A stretch of 63,813 nucleotides of DNA, counting the filler, from Methanobacteriota archaeon (GTDB lineage Archaea > JACRDV01): NCBI GenBank assembly GCA_024860865.1. It is 4 parts of 4 records of this genome, joined end to end, with 100 filler letters (N's around TTAATTAATTAA, not from the genome) between each part and the next. Parts side by side here need not be neighbours in the genome. Positions count along the whole stretch, not along the records: positions 60,242 to 63,813 come from JACRDV010000033.1; 3 more parts are not named here. One strand, given 5' to 3'. Within the stretch, counting starts at the first letter, position 1; every line of letters begins with the position of its first letter. Made by a program: the position numbers and the translations under genes. The notes under the pieces are model-generated. The model worked only from the letters and a program-made list of their open reading frames with translations. It was not told where the DNA came from and searched no databases. This document shows, piece by piece, positions 60,486-63,813 of the stretch.

Positions 60486-60529
60486 TATGAAAATATTAAT
60501 TAATATGAAAATTCATAATATTATGAAAA
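60486..60529. promoter_or_regulatory. Putative RHH operator
   Basis: TATGAAAA at 60486, 60504 and 60522 (18-nt period); palindromes ATATTAATTAATAT and TTCATAATATTATGAA. Confidence 0.55.
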
Positions 60530-60808
60530 ATGAGAAAAATGCAAAGAATAACGATAAGTTTGCCAAAAGATTTGGCTGATGTGCTAGGAAAAATAGTCAA
60601 AGAAGAGCCAAAATTTGGAAAAAAATCACATCTTTTTGTAGAGGCTTTAAAAGAGTATATCGAATTCCATCATCCAGAACATTTTATCCAAGGGAAACCT
60701 AAGGGTCCTCTAGTGCTCAAAAGCCTCAAAATCCGGCAGAAATTAAGAGGGCCCTCTTTAGTTCTTAAAGGGAGACCTAAGCTTGAGGGGTTTAGAATCG
60801 AAGAATGA
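60530..60808 (+). CDS. Ribbon-helix-helix (CopG-like) protein
   Basis: MQRITISLPKDLADVL...KSHLFVEALKEYI. Confidence 0.82.
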   Translation: MRKMQRITISLPKDLADVLGKIVKEEPKFGKKSHLFVEALKEYIEFHHPEHFIQGKPKGPLVLKSLKIRQKLRGPSLVLKGRPKLEGFRIEE

Positions 60809-60809
60809 T

Positions 60810-61235
60810 TTGAGCTATAAATATGCCAAGGATGGCAAAACCCAAACCAACAAGATAATTCCAAATATTCCAATCATGTGGTTACGATTGCGCACTGCAC
60901 AGAGATCTGCTGTAACTCCGGCCATAGTTGATAGCGGATTCGATGGAGGCCTTTATTCAGATGATAAGTTGCCAACTATTTTAGAAGAAGAAACTCCTAT
61001 TGGAATTGAAACATTATATTCACCAGGAAGTGAAGTGAAATGTGAAATTTTTAAAGTTAGAGCATGGTTGATAGAAGAGAAAGGTGGCAAGGATAAAATA
61101 GATATTGGTCAAATTCTCATTTATGTCCCAATTAGAGTTAGAGATTTAGCCGAAAATATTATTCTTGGAAGAGAAGTTCTCAATAAATTAGATGTTGCTT
61201 TAGAACATGGAGAAGAAACCCGTATATATAAGTAA
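60810..61235 (+). CDS. Retropepsin-like (clan AA) aspartyl protease
   Basis: AIVDSGFDG, ILGREVLNKL; TTG start right after the RHH stop. Confidence 0.8.
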   Translation: MSYKYAKDGKTQTNKIIPNIPIMWLRLRTAQRSAVTPAIVDSGFDGGLYSDDKLPTILEEETPIGIETLYSPGSEVKCEIFKVRAWLIEEKGGKDKIDIGQILIYVPIRVRDLAENIILGREVLNKLDVALEHGEETRIYK

Positions 61236-61373
61236 ATATCTTCTCAAAGACTAGGATCTCGAAAAAAAGAGAAAAGCCTTGAAGGCTCAGAATGCTAGGT
61301 GTGAGCTCTAGCTAACCACTTCGCTAGAAACTACTTAATAGCACCTGATTTTGGGGCTATGGTCCTAGCTATC

Positions 61374-61461
61374 CATAACAAAACTGAGGAAAGCCATGCA
61401 AATTGCTCAGTGTTATTTTCGGTTCTTGCATGGAGGTATTGAAGAGCACATTTTGAATCTA
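61374..61461 (+). repeat. 88-bp direct repeat, copy 2
   Basis: Identical to 60350-60437. Confidence 0.95.
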
Positions 61462-62427
61462 AGCGAAGAGATTAAAACTCAAGGGCATTCGGTCGATTTA
61501 ATAGCTGGAGGGTGGTTAAGAAAAGATGCACCCATGTTTCCGTTAAAAGAAACTGGTTATGCTAATTTTCCGTTGCTGAGAAAATATTCATTTGCTTCAA
61601 AAGCCAGCAAATATTTGAAAGATTTTGATTTGGTTCATTGTCACGATTGGTCCTCAGCGCTAGCTGCTCAAGAAGCAGAAGTACCTTATGTTTTAACATG
61701 TCATACTTTTTATCCTTATAAAAGTTGGAAAAATTTATTGTTTAAATATTTTTTAAAAAAGGCTCTTTCGAAAGCCAAGGGTATAATTGCAACGAATAAC
61801 TTTGTAAAAGAAGGATTAAATCGCGAATACAATGTAGAAGCTGAAGTAATTCCAAATGGAGTTACTCTGAAAGAATTTTATAGGTCAAAAAGCGAGCCTT
61901 TCATACTTTTTGTTGGCAGACTCTCACCGGAAAAAGGATTACGTGTTTTAGTAAAAGCATTCGATGCTATTTGCAAAAAACGCAATGATGTTAATTTAAA
62001 AATAGTAGGCGATGGACCCCTTAAGTTAGAGCTAATCGAATATTCAAAAAAAAATCCTCAAATTGAAATCTGTGGATATATCACAAAAGATGAGCTCAGG
62101 AATCTATACTCCCGGTGCAGTTTTTTAGTTTTGCCATCTGTAATTGAAGATTTTGGTGTAGTTCTGTTAGAAGCACAGGCATCATCTAAGCCAGTCATTT
62201 CAACTAACGCTGGAGGAATTTCGGAGATAGTGCAACATAAGAGAACTGGGTTATTAGTCAAACAAGGAGATGTTAAGGAGCTTGTCGAAGCAATGTTGTT
62301 GTTAATAAATGATGAAAAACTTAGAGAAAATATGGGGGCACAAGCAAGATCATTTGTAGAGCAATTCGATTGGGGAAAAATTGCATCAAAGATAGTTAAA
62401 GTTTATGAAGAAGCTATTAAGAGGTAA
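61396..62427 (+). CDS. Glycosyltransferase family 4
   Basis: GGIE, HCHDW, IPNGV, FVGRL..EKG, EDFGVVLLEA. Confidence 0.94.
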   Translation: MQIAQCYFRFLHGGIEEHILNLSEEIKTQGHSVDLIAGGWLRKDAPMFPLKETGYANFPLLRKYSFASKASKYLKDFDLVHCHDWSSALAAQEAEVPYVLTCHTFYPYKSWKNLLFKYFLKKALSKAKGIIATNNFVKEGLNREYNVEAEVIPNGVTLKEFYRSKSEPFILFVGRLSPEKGLRVLVKAFDAICKKRNDVNLKIVGDGPLKLELIEYSKKNPQIEICGYITKDELRNLYSRCSFLVLPSVIEDFGVVLLEAQASSKPVISTNAGGISEIVQHKRTGLLVKQGDVKELVEAMLLLINDEKLRENMGAQARSFVEQFDWGKIASKIVKVYEEAIKR

Positions 62428-62630
62428 ACTACTCGGCTAAATAAAGCCCCGAGCATTCCTTCAGGTGATTAAGTTGCAAACCTTCAGCTTCATCGGAACA
62501 GAAGGATGGGTTTACTTCCATCCCACCCGGAGTAATAAGAAAAGCTCGCACTCCGAGCAAAGCAATTGGAAGCTCGCAGAGCTTATACCATGTAATTATA
62601 ACTTCCAAATATATAAGTTGACAGAGGTGG
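62424..62630 (-). mobile_element. Non-coding IS200/IS605-derived mini-element (left end + putative omegaRNA + right end)
   Basis: 23-nt left end shared with 63774-63796; several hairpins; right end GGAATGCTCGGGGCTTTATTTAGCCGAGTAGTTTAC. Confidence 0.65.
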
Positions 62631-62807
62631 CCAGAAGTATTCTTTTGAATTTAAAGCTCCGAAATTCTTTCCCACAGCTGAAGCAGGGGTATCCTTTCGA
62701 TTGTGTCAACCATGAAAGATTGTTCTTTTATTTATTTAGAGGCGGCTTGAAACATACATCTCATGCGCTATCGGTTGCAGCTTTTTCAACACTTTTTTAA
62801 CTTTACT

Positions 62808-63185
62808 TCAAGATTTTTGTTCTTGAATTACTTCAATTCTTTTTTCTGATACTAAAATTAGACTTCTAATGTGTTTCTCCAATCTGACTTTAGTTAGAAG
62901 TTTGTCAAGAAATTTTTTAACTTTTTCAGGTGTGGATGGATGGACATGCATAATAACCACTCCAAAGGATGCTTTTAATTGATAGTAAAGTGGTGCAAAG
63001 TCTATATCGAGCGAGAAAATGATTCTATTTTCTTTAATAGCCGCTCTAATAATTTCTCGATCGGAAGCTCCTCTTAGGTTTATTTCTGAAGATCGAACTA
63101 CATCATAACCCAAATTACGAAGCCAAATTAAAACGCTGTATGGGAAATCTTCATCAACTAATATTTTAGCGGAATTAGGCTTCAA
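62808..63185 (-). CDS. DUF5615 PIN-like toxin
   Basis: ILVDEDF, LGYDV, GASD.EI, RIIFSLD.DF. Confidence 0.88.
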   Translation of the reverse strand: MKPNSAKILVDEDFPYSVLIWLRNLGYDVVRSSEINLRGASDREIIRAAIKENRIIFSLDIDFAPLYYQLKASFGVVIMHVHPSTPEKVKKFLDKLLTKVRLEKHIRSLILVSEKRIEVIQEQKS

Positions 63186-63402
63186 TTGGTATCACTGTTT
63201 CATGTTGGAGCATCAATGAAGCGTATTTAAGTGCAGCTTGTATGTCCTCTCGAGTTAGCTCGGGATATTCCTTTAAGACGTCTTCGATGCTCATCCCAGC
63301 AGCTAAAAGTTCCAAGATTAGATATACAGGGATTCTAGTACCTTTTATTACGGGCTTGCCTGCTAAGATTTCGGGGTTTATTTCGATGCGTTCAGTTTTC
63401 AT
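63175..63402 (-). CDS. DUF433 antitoxin
   Basis: RIEINPEILAGKPVIKGTRIPV, EYPELT.EDI.AAL.YA; ATG 63402. Confidence 0.92.
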   Translation of the reverse strand: MKTERIEINPEILAGKPVIKGTRIPVYLILELLAAGMSIEDVLKEYPELTREDIQAALKYASLMLQHETVIPIEA

Positions 63403-63499
63403 GGTTATCCTTATTTGAAACAATAGGAGAAAGTTAAATATATTATTACCGCATCCTCACCTTATTTTTGCTCTTTAAGCAGTTTTACCCAGTCCTTCG

Positions 63500-63760
63500 T
63501 AATTTGGATGCTTTTTGGCTTTCCATTCCTTCTATTGTTCCAAGCGAAGAGCCTTGCCTGCTCCGCAAGCTGGCTAGGGAGATTTGTTTTCTCTCTAACA
63601 ATTTTATAAGTAATTTGGTGAAGCTCAGTTGAGGTTTTGGGTGAAATTGCTTGATTGCATCAAAGCAAATTCCAAAAGCCCTTGAATACTCAAAAGAAAG
63701 ATTGTTTAAGGCTGTCTCCTTAATATTTGTTAATGGCAGCGTATCTAGCTCAATGGGATT
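63500..63760 (-). pseudogene. Frameshifted TnpB N-terminal remnant
   Basis: LTNIKETALNNL..EY...F / ELHQITYKM / REKTNLPSQLAEQARLFAW....KPKSI; preceded by the shared left end. Confidence 0.65.
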
Positions 63761-63813
63761 ATATGCTACTTTTCAAATATATAAGTTGACAGAGGTCACC
63801 AAATATTCCTCCC

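Noticed and set aside
62465-62800. 111-aa plus-strand ORF
   Set aside because: Runs antisense across the mini IS element and has no recognisable domain.
1-63813. CRISPR arrays, tRNA or rRNA genes; the many short antisense ORFs in the track
   Set aside because: No regularly spaced repeat-spacer array or cloverleaf/rRNA sequence was seen. The short ORFs are shadows of well-supported genes.

Overview
AT-rich DNA from an uncultured archaeon with euryarchaeal/Methanobacteriota-like gene content: HMf-type histone, class I LysRS, non-discriminating AspRS, SMC-ScpAB, DGGGP synthase, FBP aldolase/phosphatase, archaeal MAT, DacZ and PycA/PycB. It is not one continuous locus. Three artificial 100-nt linkers (44 N + TTAATTAATTAA + 44 N) join four contig pieces (1-5544, 5645-31578, 31679-60141, 60242-63813). 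Most of the window is housekeeping. Features the ORF track misses: (1) two double-guide C/D-box sRNAs whose guides point to the 23S rRNA P-loop (G2251) and A-loop (U2552); (2) a solitary integron-type gene cassette with a complete attC site after aspS, carrying a ClpP-like peptidase and a 58-aa partner; (3) an IS607 element with a broken TnpA and an intact TnpB, inserted in a cation:proton antiporter gene; (4) three related IS200/IS605-TnpB derivatives, including a ~205-nt protein-free left end + putative omegaRNA + right end element that, with a TnpB remnant, brackets a DUF433/DUF5615 TA pair; (5) an RHH + aspartyl-protease module flanked by a perfect 88-bp direct repeat of a glycosyltransferase gene start; (6) several decayed TA modules. 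All calls come from reading motifs by eye; no database searches were run.
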